In this document: positions 1-14,300 of the stretch, in pieces
How positions within the stretch are numbered: the stretch's first letter is position 1
Layout: each line of letters begins with the position of its first letter
DNA from: Azolla caroliniana
Lineage: Eukaryota > Plantae > Polypodiophyta
Direction: 5' to 3'
Assembly: GCA_043228905.1 (NCBI GenBank)
Contig: JBHGNT010000006.1
Coordinates: 7,812,001 to 7,876,000 of the forward strand
Length of the DNA: 64,000 bases
Position numbers and translations under genes: made by a program
The notes under the pieces: model-generated
What the model saw: only the letters and a program-made list of their open reading frames with translations
Databases searched by the model: none
Told to the model about the DNA's origin: nothing

Positions 1-1927
1 CGCAATAATTTCTCTCCTATCAAATACTTACACCTTAACTGAGTCTTCAGCCTCCTCTTATATTAGATAATCATACCATGTCAACTGAGTCTTAACCTTC
101 CCCTTATCTCATATAATCATCCTACAACACCACATGTAAGACTTCGCAGGATTTTTACTCTACACAATAATACACCATATAATATTATCTCTGGACAGAC
201 AACTAAAATATTACCTCATATACATGCTTATTTAAGCCTCACCCGCTTCCCACCTGCATGTTAATCACCGCATCTTAAAGTTATCCTCCAGGTACATATT
301 CCTATATAAATGATAAGCTTCCCATCTTTAAAGCTCTCTTTCAATTGTAGACTTGCACCAAAATCATCCACCCTTAAACCTCTCCTCCGGGGCTTCCTAT
401 ATAGAAGATAATCATTCCATCTTCATATCTCTCCTTCACTCGCACTTCATACGATAATCATCTGAAGCCCAAAAGTTCATTCAAACCATATGATTATTGG
501 CGGTCTTATTTCTACAGCTTGACCTCAACACGGCTTGAGACTCAGTTAACAACACAACTATATAGCACACTAAAAGCAAAAAGAGAAATTCTCTTGCATA
601 ATATGGCATATTCATGATAATCTGCACCATTCTTTAGGTCAACAAAAGTACAATATCTATAAGAAATTTGACAATTCAACAGTCACTTTGAAATTACTAC
701 CAGCTAAGGCAGGGTCTATCAATATTATTATAATGGCATCTTACCTCAACCTTTTTTATCAGTCACAAAAGTCATCCATGAATGAGATGAAAGAAAGCTG
801 GAATGACTAATCTATAACTTCAGTGACAAGATCTCATGGAATCCACTTTAAAAAGCTTCCTAAGAGTACACAAGAAAAAAAGTGAATGCACACACAATGC
901 CATACATCATAAACCCAGAAGATTGTAAAAAAAAGAGCAGAAATATATGTTGCGAGACTTACTTCCACTCTCTTCTGAATTGACTGTTGGATCCGGTACA
1001 AGTTGTTTAGCTTCAGTTGTTTTCTGAGGGCAAAATTTTGTACACATCACCATCATAGTTTACAGCACAAACAAAATAAACAACTTCCTGTGAGTGACAC
1101 AGAGACTCAAGTTTCCTCAATTGAGAGCAAATTCTGTGCAAGCCACAGGTAAGGAAGCAAGACAGTGCAAGAACATGATCTAAAACCCCCACAAGTGAAT
1201 ATAATAATCTCATAATTGATTTCATCGGTTCAGGCATTTCCATAACAGTTTATATTAAGTTGAATTTGCCTTCTCAATTGTAGTAAAGACCAAAACTTCT
1301 CTGCTAGCTACAATTCTAACTACCTTCAGCAACATGACATGAATTAAAACTATGTACACATGGGAAGTCCTAAATAAAGTGCCACATTGGCTGATTCAAT
1401 GCCGAAAGCAAGAACAGTTATGTTTCTTTTGGCATCCAAAGCACAAACACATGTGTATAAAAAGCAAGAGGTAGATTTGGTCTTTTTCCCAGAGAAAGAA
1501 AAAAGCAAATCTCTAGCACAATCATTACAAACGAAAACGAAAAAACAAAATGCAAAAGAGGTTCTTGGCTGCGGCTGAATCAAAGAGCAAAAAATAAAAC
1601 GAAGCAAATGGCAAAGAGTGAAAGAAAATGCTAAGTGTTCGATTCTGAATTTAAAGAATATGTTTCTTATTAGAAAAAATAAAAGAAAACTTACTTGGAG
1701 CAACAGACAACAAAAAAGGAGAACAACGTCTCACTGGCAATAAAAAGAAGTTCTGAATTCTTCTATCAGGGAAGTGAGGGGCAGGAATGAGGAAGAAAGG
1801 AGAGAGCAAAGATGAAGAAAACATACATTGCATGCATGGAAGCTGATTTATGACAAAGAAAAGGAAGCTTTCGATACCTCTATCTCAGAAAGGGAGGGGA
1901 GAGGAGCTTTCGAGAGAGGGTAGGTAC

Positions 1928-1984
1928 CTTGAGCTTCTGATATCGGAGCTCTGCGAAGATATCTGCTGCGTTTCCAACGATCAT
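1928..1984 (-). other. Putative first coding exon, copy A (MIVGNAADIFAELRYQKLK|GT) of an unidentified gene
   Basis: ATG at 1984, 19 codons, phase-0 donor AAG|GTACC, CT-rich leader upstream. A phase-0 candidate next exon lies at 963-1023 (KTTEAKQLVPDPTVNSEESG, cag/gtaagt). Confidence 0.45.
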
Positions 1985-2887
1985 CTCTGCAGTCGATTGA
2001 TCAGAGACAGAGGAAGCGGACAGAAGAAGAAGAAGAAGAAGAAGTAGACAGACAAAAACTCAAAACGCAAAACGCTTTTATAGATCTTTCCTGTTTTGAA
2101 AGGAAAGCCTCCATTATAAACATGAAGACTAGCCTAGCACTTCCGTAAATCACCATCCTTCACCATTTACCTAGGCATAGAAATAGATTTTTTGGCAAGC
2201 CTCAAGTGAGGAAGCCAGGTATGGAAACAGGATAATCGTAACCCTCAACGAACAAATATATATGTACACAGAAGTCTTTCTACCAATGAAGCTGGGAGGA
2301 TCTTAAAATGGTAGATCTAAAAGAAGTAAACACTGATATGAAAATGGAAAGCTTGTTGCCAAATTCCATTGTTTTGATGTTCCATGAGTTTATTTACTTC
2401 TTTAGCCTAATATTCAGCTAACGCTCATTTCCTATTTTCAATGTGTGAGCATGCGCAACCCTAAGTGTGCTCTTAGCAATGGGTGTCCGGAAGTCAACTT
2501 TGGATTGACCAACTGGCTTCAGTAATTTTCCCAATATTGAGTTTTAGTGTGCCAGGAAGAGTTATCAAACCTACACCTATCTTGGTTTGTTTTCCATTCC
2601 ATGTGGAGATAGGGATTCCGACATGTCACAGTAACACATAGAATCGTGTTCCCATAAATCAGAGGCAATACAATGAATGCCTGAAGGTTGGTTTTTCCTT
2701 GTGTTTTCTTAAGGCTCCTTGGATGAATTATCAGGGAAGTGAGGAGCAGGAACCAGGAACCAGGAAGAAGGGAGAGAACAAAGACAACGGAAACATTGCA
2801 TGGAAGCTGATTTATGACGAAGGAAAGGAAGCTTTCGATATCTCTTACTCAGAGAGGGAGGGGAGGGGAGCTTTCAAGAGAGGGTAC

Positions 2888-2944
2888 CTTGAGCTTCTGG
2901 TGTTGGAACTCTGCGGCGAGATTTGCTGCATTTCCAGCAGTCAT
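2888..2944 (-). other. Putative first coding exon, copy B (MTAGNAANLAAEFQHQKLK|GT)
   Basis: ATG at 2944, 19 codons, donor AAG|GTACC. Lies in a duplicated block (about 1766-2065 vs 2730-3010). Confidence 0.45.
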
Positions 2945-4789
2945 TGATCAGAGAGAGGGGAAGAAGAAGAAGAAGACAAAAAAAGTAGACAGGCAGAATT
3001 GCAAAACGTTTTAACTTCCAATTCACACACACCCATAGATATAGAGTGAGAGAGAGAGAGAGAGATACAATTGACACCGTCCGATTCAACCCCTGAGATG
3101 CCATCCCCACCACTCACTCAACCTTCTATCATTCTTCCTTCCTCATTTTCATTTGGACATGTTATTTATCAATCAAACAATGCATCTGAATGAGAAAGAG
3201 AGAGAGAGAGACTTTTAATGTCCCCTATGCCAGTGGCCAAGTGCGATCAATGAGACTCAAATTTATCATACATGCATAATTTTTTTAACATCCAAGAGAG
3301 ATTGATTGCAATCCATGAAACACCGCCTAGGCCATGGCGAGGCTCAAACTTGGATTATCTCAGTTTTATGACTTTGATGTGATGGTGTACGTAACAAGGC
3401 CAACCACCAAATAGAGCGAGATGAGTAATGGTCAGTTTCATCATCATCAAGGGGAACCATTTATAAGTTCCTATCCCGCTTATCTTGTTAGTGATTTCCC
3501 TACAAACCTCTTTGCCGGGGAGAGGGGGGTGTCTCTCGACATTACAACATCGCAAGGTCCTTGGAATTATCATGTTTTACACATTCTTGCTTTATTGCAC
3601 ATGCCATGAATGCTCTCATCTCAAGGTGTTTAGAAATCGGGGCGGTTTACGGACTCTTGCACCTCTAGTCTTTCACTCAAAGGTTCCTTAATCCATACAT
3701 TACATCATTCCTTGCATCTAGAAGATTTTAAAGGCCCTTCCATTCCAAATTCTTGCTTATTTCTCTTATATGTTATCCAATATCTTAGAATGCAATTGCC
3801 AAGAGCTCTTACGAGGTGCATCAAAACCAGATAAGTACATCCAACCACTACAAACAATCAAGTGCATAATGCAATGTATCAAGTGGATGCATGAAGGGGC
3901 CATAAAGTATCTTTGATAGGTCCAAGTCCAGGTCAGCTTCTTCCATGGATTGCAAGTGGCAAAGCCAGATCTCTATGACATGTCTAAATTGTAGTCTCCA
4001 ATATCCTGTGGCATTGTGCTCATGGATATAACTCAATTGAAGCTTCTGATACACAATTTCCACTTGACTTTAAACCACATACAAAATCAATGTAATGTAT
4101 CAGATGATTAATGATCTGACCGTCCTCATCCTGTTCTTAAAGAAGCCATATGGTTTCTCCTAAAGATTAAACCAGTGGCAAAAACTGTGAACAACAGTTT
4201 CCGTGAAGCTCCCCCGCAGATGTGAAAGAAATGCAATTTGAAGGTCTAAACATTCATCAAGATGAATCTATCACTGATAAGAAAATGCTGAATTTGTTTC
4301 TTTAAGAGATAGAATAGCAGCAATTGTCTTTGCATCTACTTGCTAACCTCTCATATTCATAAAAGTCCTTTGTAAAAAGACAATCATAATAAAGGACTTC
4401 ATTCCAACCATTTGAGTCTCTCGTGGCCGTGATCCTTGGTAAGGAGGATAGGAAAGTATTCAAGAATGAAGACAGTCAGGATGCTTGTGCATCCAAACCA
4501 AAAACAAGAAGAAGTACTGTTCAAAAGTCACAAGCACATCATCCAAGTTTTCAATCAAAAAGAGTTCAAGCCATAGGATCGTCACAAGGACTTCATTGTT
4601 TTCATTATTGTGGCCAAAAAAAGGTATATTTCTGCTCCAAATTGTCTTCACTGTTGTGAGCAAAAAAAAAGGTATACTGCTGCTCCAACTTGTGTTCATT
4701 ATTATGTAAACAAATGGCATATTGCTGCTCCAAAAATGACAACAAGGTTCAAAAACTAAAGCTTCATCAATTGAGAAAAGCAAGACTAA

Positions 4790-5400
4790 AGTGGTCATTT
4801 TTCCATCGAAATTCTCAAGGATGGCAATTTAAGAATGGAAGAAACTCATCTTAATACAAGAGCTTGCAAGTCAATCAAATGAATGGTAAATAGCACTCAT
4901 ATGACCAAAGACAGAGACCAAGACCAAAGGGCAGATTGCTGCAAATTGTTCCAAGAGGAAAAGAGGTCAACAAGTTGGAAAATCGAACCTTCATCAGCTG
5001 TGGAAAGCAAGACCATAGAAATCCTTTTTTCCATTGAAGTTCTCGAGGATGACAGTTCAAAATAGAAGTAACTCATCCTAATACAAGTACTTCTAAGTTC
5101 ATTGAATGGATCGTAGATAGTGATGCTCTAAATCATACGAACAACAATAGAGATGTCTCTAATGGTTCCAACATCTGTAAGCAGATGGTGTGATCATCAC
5201 ATCTGAGGGTAAAAGTAGTTACCATGTCTGTACAGGTAAATCAGATGTTACGATTAAAGATATTTTGTTCTGTAAACAGATGGTATGATCATCAAATCCG
5301 AGGGTAAAAGTAGTTACCATGTCTGTACAGGTAAATCAGATGTTATGATTAAAGATATTTTGTATGTTCCTGAGCTTAAAGAAGTAAACTACCTTAACCA
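4790..5400 (+). mobile_element. Decayed Ty1/Copia protease-region remnant
   Basis: Translates to EWIVDSDALNH (about 5104) and IKDILYVPELK (about 5348), matching the Copia W.DSGAS.H and L.DVLYVP.L motifs. Contains an internal tandem duplication of about 95 bp. Confidence 0.6.
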
Positions 5401-6548
5401 GACTAGTTGCCTACTGTTTCAGAAATGGAAACCGTCAAGAAGCAACAAAATTAATTGTTTCATGTCCCTTACGAAACAATGAAATGAGAGTCCAAAAAAA
5501 GATTAAATTTTAACATTTATATTTATATATTGCACTTTATTTTATTCTGTTGCAAGATTAAATTCCACATTATTCTATTGCAAGCTTACAGAAAGTCTGT
5601 ATTGAATGAAGAAGAGAAGGACGCATCAGAGTTATACTTGGAATATTTAAATCTGTACCTGCATTATCTAAATCTATACAAGAAGAAATGATACTAGAAC
5701 ATGAACGAATCTCTTATTGAATTATCTAAAATTGATACCACATTTCATCCTAAACTTAATCATTGCACAGCTGCTTGTTGAATTTTGAGGTCTTCCAATG
5801 TGTCTGATTTTGGTTTAAATGGGACAAAGAAGAGACCTCGGCCAATATATCTTCAGTTTTTCGTTATTTAATTATTTAAAATTTTAATTTTGTAGTTCTA
5901 TTTTTAAGTCAATAGACATCATAAGAGAAGAAGCCTCAATAGATTTTATGTAATTTCTCTTGACCCACTGAGTCCTGCCAGTTGTGAGAATTTGGTTGTT
6001 GGATGCTTTCCTGATGACAAGCCAAACCAAGGTCCCTATTCCAATATCTTACATATAGATGACCAAGTAGCCAATCTCAGAGTTTCTGAAAGTCCTGGTA
6101 GATCAAATATTTTTTCTCTCTGAAGCAGTTTGTTTCCTTAGGAAGCAAGTACACAGACCATGCATCCTCTTCCAAGTTCTGGAGAGACTCTTCCCCATAT
6201 TAAAGGCAAAGGTAAATGGAACGTCTCCTTCATAGACAAAAAGTACACTCAAATCCACTCAAACATGACTATAAGCAAGCAAACCAAATGCTCTAAAACT
6301 TCCTTCTTCCAAAAAAATTCGTAGAATTCTTTCCCAAAAACGTTGTCAAAAACAACTTGAAAGCCTCACGTCATATGAATATAAGCAGGAACATGGCTAT
6401 AAGTAGGCAAACAGCAAATGCTCAAAAATAAGACACAAACGACTTAAAGGCTAAAGAATACATCCCAAAGACTGAGAATATGTACACAACTGTATGGTTT
6501 GCCATGACCTAGACCTATCTTGAGAAGTCTACATCAGTGGAGGGGATT

Positions 6549-6585
<37 letters not shown>

Positions 6586-6610
6586 GAAAAAGTGGGGGAG
6601 GGGGGCATAC

Positions 6611-6670
6611 CAGGAGCTTCTGGTGTTCGAGGTCTGCGGGGAGTTCGGCCTCTGCGCTTTCGGCCGCCAT
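6611..6670 (-). other. Putative first coding exon, copy C (MAAESAEAELPADLEHQKLL|GT)
   Basis: ATG at 6670 in good context (GACATGGC), GC-rich, donor CTG|GTATGC, (CT)n tracts on both sides. Phase-compatible candidate exons follow near 6053-6118, 5590-5658 and 4160-4245. Confidence 0.5.
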
Positions 6671-8105
6671 GTCTGGAATCGGATCGATCAGAATCAGAAG
6701 AAGAACGAAAGGCAGGGAAGCTGAGCTTTCAACGTACTCAGAGAGAGAGAGAGAGAGAAAGAGAAAGAGAGAGCAGACTCCGTAGCACAAGAGAACGTCA
6801 TGAGTTCAAACCTTTACATTTAATTTCACACACTAGGGAGTATGGTTCTTCTCTCTCTCTCTCTTTTTATCGTAATTACCTTACCCTAGCGGTAAGTCGA
6901 TAAAACTACAAGCACTGTGTCTTGGGTTCGAAACCTAATTTCCTCACCTCTCTATTATATACTTCATATATATATATATCTTGTCCATCCTCACCATCTG
7001 ATTGACTCCATCCACGGCTTACCCGACTCGTTCTCCCCCCCCTTCTCACACTCATCGTAATGTTGACCAAAACATCCTTCTCAAGACTGCAACGCCGTAT
7101 CTAAATCATATACATCGATCATCTCGGAAATTCCCTATAGAGAATAATTATCAATAGCTCCATCTTGTTGTTCGATTATCTTCCAAGCGTTTAGACTATT
7201 GCGTCCATCTTTTGGAATATATAGCTCAAAATATGGAAACATAGCCCATGTCATTTTGTTGGTAAGAGGGTGTCTACTACAAATGAAAAGATTTCACTAT
7301 ATCTAAAGCAGTGGGAAGTTACAAGTTCAAGTTGTAAGAGCATGGAGTAATTACTCTTTTGAAGTCTTGGGCAATCCAAAGAGGGAGAAAAAGAAAAGGA
7401 AGGAGAAATACTAAAAGCATTCTCTGCTATTGTGGAAGATCTTCGCATTTAATCAAGGAAGATAAGTGATGGCAATGCAATTGTTTTATATGTAATTACT
7501 ACTAATAATGCTACTCAAGTCCAACAACGACCTCATATAGTTTAGGTACTTCAATTTGGCATTTGATGTTTGAACACTAATTGAAGAGCCGCCAAATTCA
7601 AAATTTAAGGGAATAACAAGCAAAATGATTATTCAGCTACAACAAAAAGGTTAAACCCTGTTTACTTTGAGGTCGTAACTAAACATGAATGAACAATAAA
7701 GTATGATGGGTGACAATATCCAAAATAATAGCTAAACATGAATGAACAACATTCTTTCAAATCATATTCCAATCGATATCACTACTCCATGATGTTGCAT
7801 CACATTAATCTAAACATCCTATATTGTTGCATTTATGGATGAATGAATAGTATGTTGCATTCATTCTACAAACATCAAGACTTAAGCCTCATGGACCACC
7901 ACTAGAGTTGAGTTCCTTGCATTTGGATGTTAGGCAAACATCTTAATCCATCCCAAGGCCTCTATGTAGCAAGACAAGAAGATATATACTCCATGATAGC
8001 ACGATACAGTATCGTCCTAGTTTTGAACCCCATCAATTAGTATTATAAACCTCAAGTTTTGAAGAACCATAACAATGTTTTTAAGAGAGACTTACAAAAT
8101 CTTAG

Positions 8106-8320
8106 GGATTTGGATCAAAACAACCTTACAAACATTCAGGACAGATGCTACAAAAAAGTGAGGAATGTATACATATAAATATAGTATCATGCATAAGATG
8201 CTTGCAACATTTAAAAACTTTAAAGGATTTGGATCAAAACAATCTTATGAACATTCAAGACAGATGCTACAAAGAAGTGAGAGATGTATACATATGATTT
8301 TAATATCATACATAAGAGAA
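8106..8320. repeat. Two-copy tandem duplication of about 120 bp downstream of the kinesin stop
   Basis: ggatttggatcaaaacaa..acagatgctacaaa..atgtatacatat occurs at about 8106 and 8225. Confidence 0.8.
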
Positions 8321-8390
8321 TGAACCTCAATCATCATCATGTACAACGCTAGGAAGGGGACTCTCTTTGATATGTTAAGAACTTAAGGAT

Positions 8391-11300
8391 CTACAGTTTC
8401 GTAAAGAACTCATCAATCATATTCAGAGACTTCAGTACTCTTGCAGCTGAATTGGCCATAAGCTGTGCCCCAGCAACCAACTCAACTTTTCGCTTCTCCT
8501 GTTAGCAAGAAACACATCAAGATGGATTAGATCATTTTAAATCATCTAATCTACCTTCACCAGAAATTAATTGAAGTATAGTAGAACATGTCAAATACAT
8601 GCACAATTTTCTAATCTCAGACAAAATCACATTCTAGAAATAACAATGTAAAAACATCAGTACCCAGTACCCCTCCCCTAACTTGTTGGGTACTGCAATG
8701 TACAGGAATGTTTTTTAGGCTACGAGGTATTCTAGTAAATAACCAACAAGTTCATAGTAGTAAATAAGTGTATTAAAATTTTCAACTACAGAGTAGGAGT
8801 ATACTCTGGTCAATTATGAAGTTTGAGTATTCGTTCAAAGTTTTTAAGGTTTTATGGTATTCTGGTGAATATCCAATGAGTTATGAGGGCTAAAGACTAT
8901 TCATAGATCTATTACCATGTCACAATTTTCAAAATCTAGCTACCACACAAATATCCAGGTACTTGCTTTGAGAATATGCCGAGTATCATACATTTTGTAG
9001 TTCATCTACATAATGTTTCTTGTAGGGGCTTTGGAGATCATGAATCTCATCCTACATTCATATCATAGCTATTGTTAAGAGCATCTCCAATAAGGATAAA
9101 AAATCAATAACAAATGATTCGTGAATAACCTCTACGCAATTTACACTAACATCCTTGGAATTGAGATGGGATCCACCCTCTTGACATGATTTTGATTGTT
9201 TACTCCTGAAAGAAACATGTCTCAGTTTTTATTTTACTTCCCAATCTCTAAAGATAGTTCTACGAAATGTCTCAAGAGAGAGGTTTTACATTAATCGTTT
9301 TTCTCAAATTTTTTACTTCCAAATATCTAATTAGTCATACCAAAGAAAACACATAAGTAACTGTGCAAAATTCAAACATATAAGATAGTTAAGAGTCAAA
9401 ATTTGAGCGTGCATACATCGAGATCTTTCGGATATTACCTAGCTTCTGTTTCGCTTGATTTATGTTCAAAATCATTATTATTTCTATGAAGATCTTTCTC
9501 TGAATCATCATTCCATACCGATTTCCGACACTCCCTGCTTGTCCAATGGTATTCTTGGGGTGGGGAAAGCTACATAAACAAGCATTGTTTTTTCAAATAT
9601 GACTCTATATTAGTGCAATTCCTGGATAGCTATCATCATAATTAAAACATAGATCCTGGCATTGATTATCAGCATATATATTTAAGTAAACATAACAAGG
9701 AAGAAGACAAAATCTGTATTTACCCAAATAACCCTATGTTATGAAGCAGAGTAAAAGTACAACAAAGAGGTACTCTGGTAAATACCCAGCAAATATAGGG
9801 GTAATCTGCTGTTTTCTTCTAATATCATACCTCATCAACTGGCATTACTTCTGTCATCTCAGGTTCCTCTTGGCAATTACCATTTAGAACACGGAATTCC
9901 TCCTCAAAATTCAGAACTGCTCTCGATCCAACTTTCAGAGCCTGGTATGACCGTATCTTGGTATATTATAGATATTGAGTTACAACTTATATGTAAATTT
10001 TTAATACTGCAGACTAAGATCATAGAAAAACACATTACCCGCATACCGAACTGGAGAGAAGAAAGTGTTTCATGAATATATTCGCTGCATGGAGCTATAT
10101 TGATGATTAGTGACGTCTTTGTGTTTCCTGGTGCAAAATATCGCTGCATTTTTTTACATAAAGCATGTAATGCCCTTATCATGGAGGGAAATTGATCATA
10201 CAAATGAAAAACATATGTGCATGCACACCACATGCATTTTAATGAAACTTCATTTCAGGAGGCTTGGTCATTTATCTGATACTACAGATATCGAATACTC
10301 GCAGGAAGTCCTCAAGGAACCACACGGTGATATACTTAAATCCAGGAATTCCAATCCAAATACAAGAAAAACATCTACAAAAATACATTACAGTTTTGTA
10401 CATGAAGCATATGTTATCATGGAAAGAAATTGGTCATACAAATGATAAATAAATGTATGTGCATGCACACGACATGCATTTTAAGGAAACTTAATTTCAG
10501 TTTGATAATACAGATATCCAATATTAAAAAAAAAGTTATCAAAAAACTGCACATTGCAATACTCAAATCCAGAAATTCCCAATTATCCTTATATTCTAGT
10601 GATACGATATTTTCAAGTGAAGGTTGCAACTCTGCTCAGTGCAACAGAATTCTATTTTTCTCTTCTGTTATTCTAGGTAAAGACTTCCCAGGTTCTTTCT
10701 CATTCACAATCATTTAAGATTGCTCGATGTAAAAGTTAGATCTCAATTTTGGTGCCCTTCCTTGAATTGGTACATACTACACAGTAATGATATTTGTGCA
10801 ATAGTTGGGTCACTGTACAATTCTTGGCAACAAATTGCTGTCATGCATGATTAATGTCTCGAACGGATCAGAGTTGGAATATTTCTGTAGGATCTGTTCT
10901 AGAAGAAAACACATAATGCTTGGTGTTCCATTATTGAGTACACACAAAGCATTTGACAAAGGAAAAAACTGCATATGGAGAGAGAAAAAAATCATATTGA
11001 TTTCTTTTCTTCAAAAGAAGCCTAAAGGTTTGCCAAACTTTCTTAATGTACATAACATTCTTGATAACATAAGTAGTTTCAAGAATAAGACACAAAAGGA
11101 TAAAGAATCGGAAATTATGTCCCCATCACATCATCTCCCATGATCTTAGAATGGGATTAGCTGTACATGCTTAACGCTATCAAAAGAGACTACCAATTTG
11201 TGTGTGCATAGGTAAAAACACATGTATAAACAACCTCTTTTAAAGAACTGTAAACAATGAGCATAATCTTGAAATTTGGTAAGCATTCTGATATCAATAC

Positions 11301-14300
11301 ATATTTTACACAAGAAACATTTCAATGCAGTTTGATGTAAATTTCTGGTTATGAATGCGTACACCATATTCTTAAAAAAGAGAATATCAAATACAACAAT
11401 ACCTCCTAAAGATTCCTGAAGCAGACGTGTTAATTTTGAATCACGAAATGGAATATGTGTAGTTAATGGATGTGCCCGAGCACTAATACATTTTCCTACA
11501 ACATAAGCTTTTTTAGAAACGCCTTTTGAAATAAAATGAGAGAATTGTTTAGAAAGTACATAATTGTATACCAAGCGCAGTAAGAGACATGTTGACACTC
11601 ATGGCCTCTGTTGCACGTAGGCCTTCTGACCCTAAAGATGACCAAACATACATTATCATATAAAGGAAATAATCATGAACATATAGTTATATAGAAATTT
11701 AAAGCTATAATAGATACCACTTTTCTTTAAACGTTCTGAACCAGCAAGGTCAACGAGGAACAGCTTTCCAACGAGGATCCTACATTATGGGTATCATTTT
11801 AGTGAGATTTTCAACTAGCATTTATTTATTAGAACACATATATGAAAACGTCTCACTTCTCTGACGATCCTATTCCTATTCCTCTAGTTGTTTGCTTCTT
11901 ATCTGATGGGATGTTTGTAGATTTCTTGTTTCTTACACTCTTCTTTTCTACTGTTATAATGACAATTGCATGGCTACGAGAGGAATGAGCATTCTGCATT
12001 GCAAAAAATGCTTCAGGATTAATACACCACCCATTCATAGTAGAAGGCTCATACACTGATGGTTGACAATTGTATACAGAATCACAAAACCAGACTGTTA
12101 TAGCAAATTATGGCATTCTGTCCAGGAGAAGACCAAGGAAAGAGCACCATAATACTATGTTCAAAGCATACCAATCTCATCATTGAATGTAGTATTATTA
12201 CAATACTCTGTACCATGTTCTTGTGGACATTAATAGATCCCAAGATTAAAAACTTCCAAAAATACATGAAATGATGGGAGGTTCTGATCTCAGGCTTTAT
12301 ATAATCAATTTTATCAATGAGGGTCTAACATTATATCTCAGCTTGACCCCCCATGTTTTGCTTTCACATGGACACAAATAAAAGCTAAATATAAAGGCAT
12401 GTGCAAAACTCCATTAAAGCAGATCTGACTCCTCATTGAGCACAAACAAGGCACAAAGATGTTACCAATTTAGTGAACGCAATTTGACGATTGCAATCAC
12501 CCAACATTAGCAGGGTCACCACATCTTCAAGCGATTTGATCTCAATCTGTTCTAAGTTCAGCAATAGACATCAATTTATTTAGAAAGCAGACACATGGCT
12601 TACCCACAAGCACATAAAACTGGAATGATTTACCTCACGCACACCTGCAATGAAAATTCCTCCATTCTCGTCTTCCCGAATATGAAGATTGGAACTTTCT
12701 GGATTGAGAAGATCCTGTATCTGTCGTCATTACGTCCTTAGCATACACACACCTTAAACCTATGAGAACTCAGTTAAATCGGGATAAAACAGAATATCTA
12801 CCATTTCAAGGTAAATTTGGATATAGCACATAGATATGCGATACTCGTGATCTGCATCATTTGAGGTGTACTCAAAAATGTTTGCTGCTGATCTGGGAAT
12901 TATACCTGGATAGACATAAAATACAAGTCTAAATGTCATAAAGCTAATTGGATTTTGGATTTCTTGACTAGTATGTACAGAGGTTTGGCATTATGATATG
13001 TATGGATAACTCGTACATGGTCACCCTGGTCAAGCTATTATGGATAAATGTCCTACATTCCAGTTTTCTATGCATGAGAGAAGCAATAAGAGAAGAGGGT
13101 AGACTAAATCAAATATAAATAAACTTGAGCTTTAAATTCCCACGTTAGATTTTCCCAACAGTAATATGATTGTATGAGTATGATAAGTGTATGGTTTCAT
13201 GCCATTACACCTAGATGGATCCTTCTCCCAGGATGACTGTATCCCAAGGGGGAAGAATTTCACATAATATCAAGTTGCACTATTATTGACTCAATGTTAA
13301 CAATATATTATGTTCATACACATGTCCAGCTTTGATTCCAACTGTTTGAATCTGTGCTGGACAATCAATGAACAACTCACCGACAACAATTAGTCATCTT
13401 AACATCACTGATAAATAAAAGATTTAAAGCCTCAACAAAATCAATGAATAAAATTACTAAAGCTAAGATGACAGAATGTGAACCAATTTTTCACATGGAA
13501 TTCAGGCATAGTGTATAGACTATATTAGATGTACACCTTCAATCCTTGATTCACTTTCTTCATTGATTACGACATCAGAAAGTGTATATGTCTTCCCGGC
13601 TCCAGTTTGTCCATATGCCATGATCGTGCCATTGTAGCCTTCTAATACGTCCTATGTGAGCAGAAAAAACTGTGAGAGATACAACTGAAAATGCACATAA
13701 AATTAGCATTAATAAGGAAAAGGGTGTAAATCTCACCAAAACAATGGGCTGTGCAGCAACTTCATAAACGTCAGCTTGTGTTGCCTTTTCAGAGAGAACA
13801 GCATCAAATTTGAACTCGGTATAATCAACAAAACCCACCCTGCTAGAGATATCAAGGGAAAGCATAAATATGTAGGAAATCTGACTTCTTTTCTAGGCGC
13901 AAATGAATTTTTGGTTTACATTGAAAGAAACAAAACATCTTCATGAGATAAAAAGAAATTTGGGCTTCTGTTGACATCAATTTATCAGTTTCTTCTATTA
14001 AGGACAGAGGTTTCAACATGGTTACCATGGTCTGTAGGAGGATCTATTGAAGATTATGCTTGATAGAAAACATGATTCCATAGAGCACTGGTTTCAGAGG
14101 ACTTGTAGGAACTACAAGGTGTCATGATTGTGATATTACAAAAAAACATCATGTGACTTTTTGCGGAAATTGAGCAAGACAACTTTGCTCATGATCAGAA
14201 AAGAGCAGCTGAAATTTCAGAATTTTATAATTACGTGGACAGTGGCTCGAGTTTGAACGGATCTAAAATCATGTTTAGCTCAACAATCTGGGCACTATGA

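Noticed and set aside
960-6600. snoRNA host-gene hypothesis for the short-ORF locus
   Set aside because: No convincing C/D or H/ACA box pair with a terminal stem was found by eye.
6905-6945. tRNA-like B box (ggttcgaaacc)
   Set aside because: No cloverleaf or acceptor stem could be built; at most a SINE remnant.
10590-10900. Exon-like segments in kinesin intron 11
   Set aside because: They contain stops, and the motor domain is complete without them.
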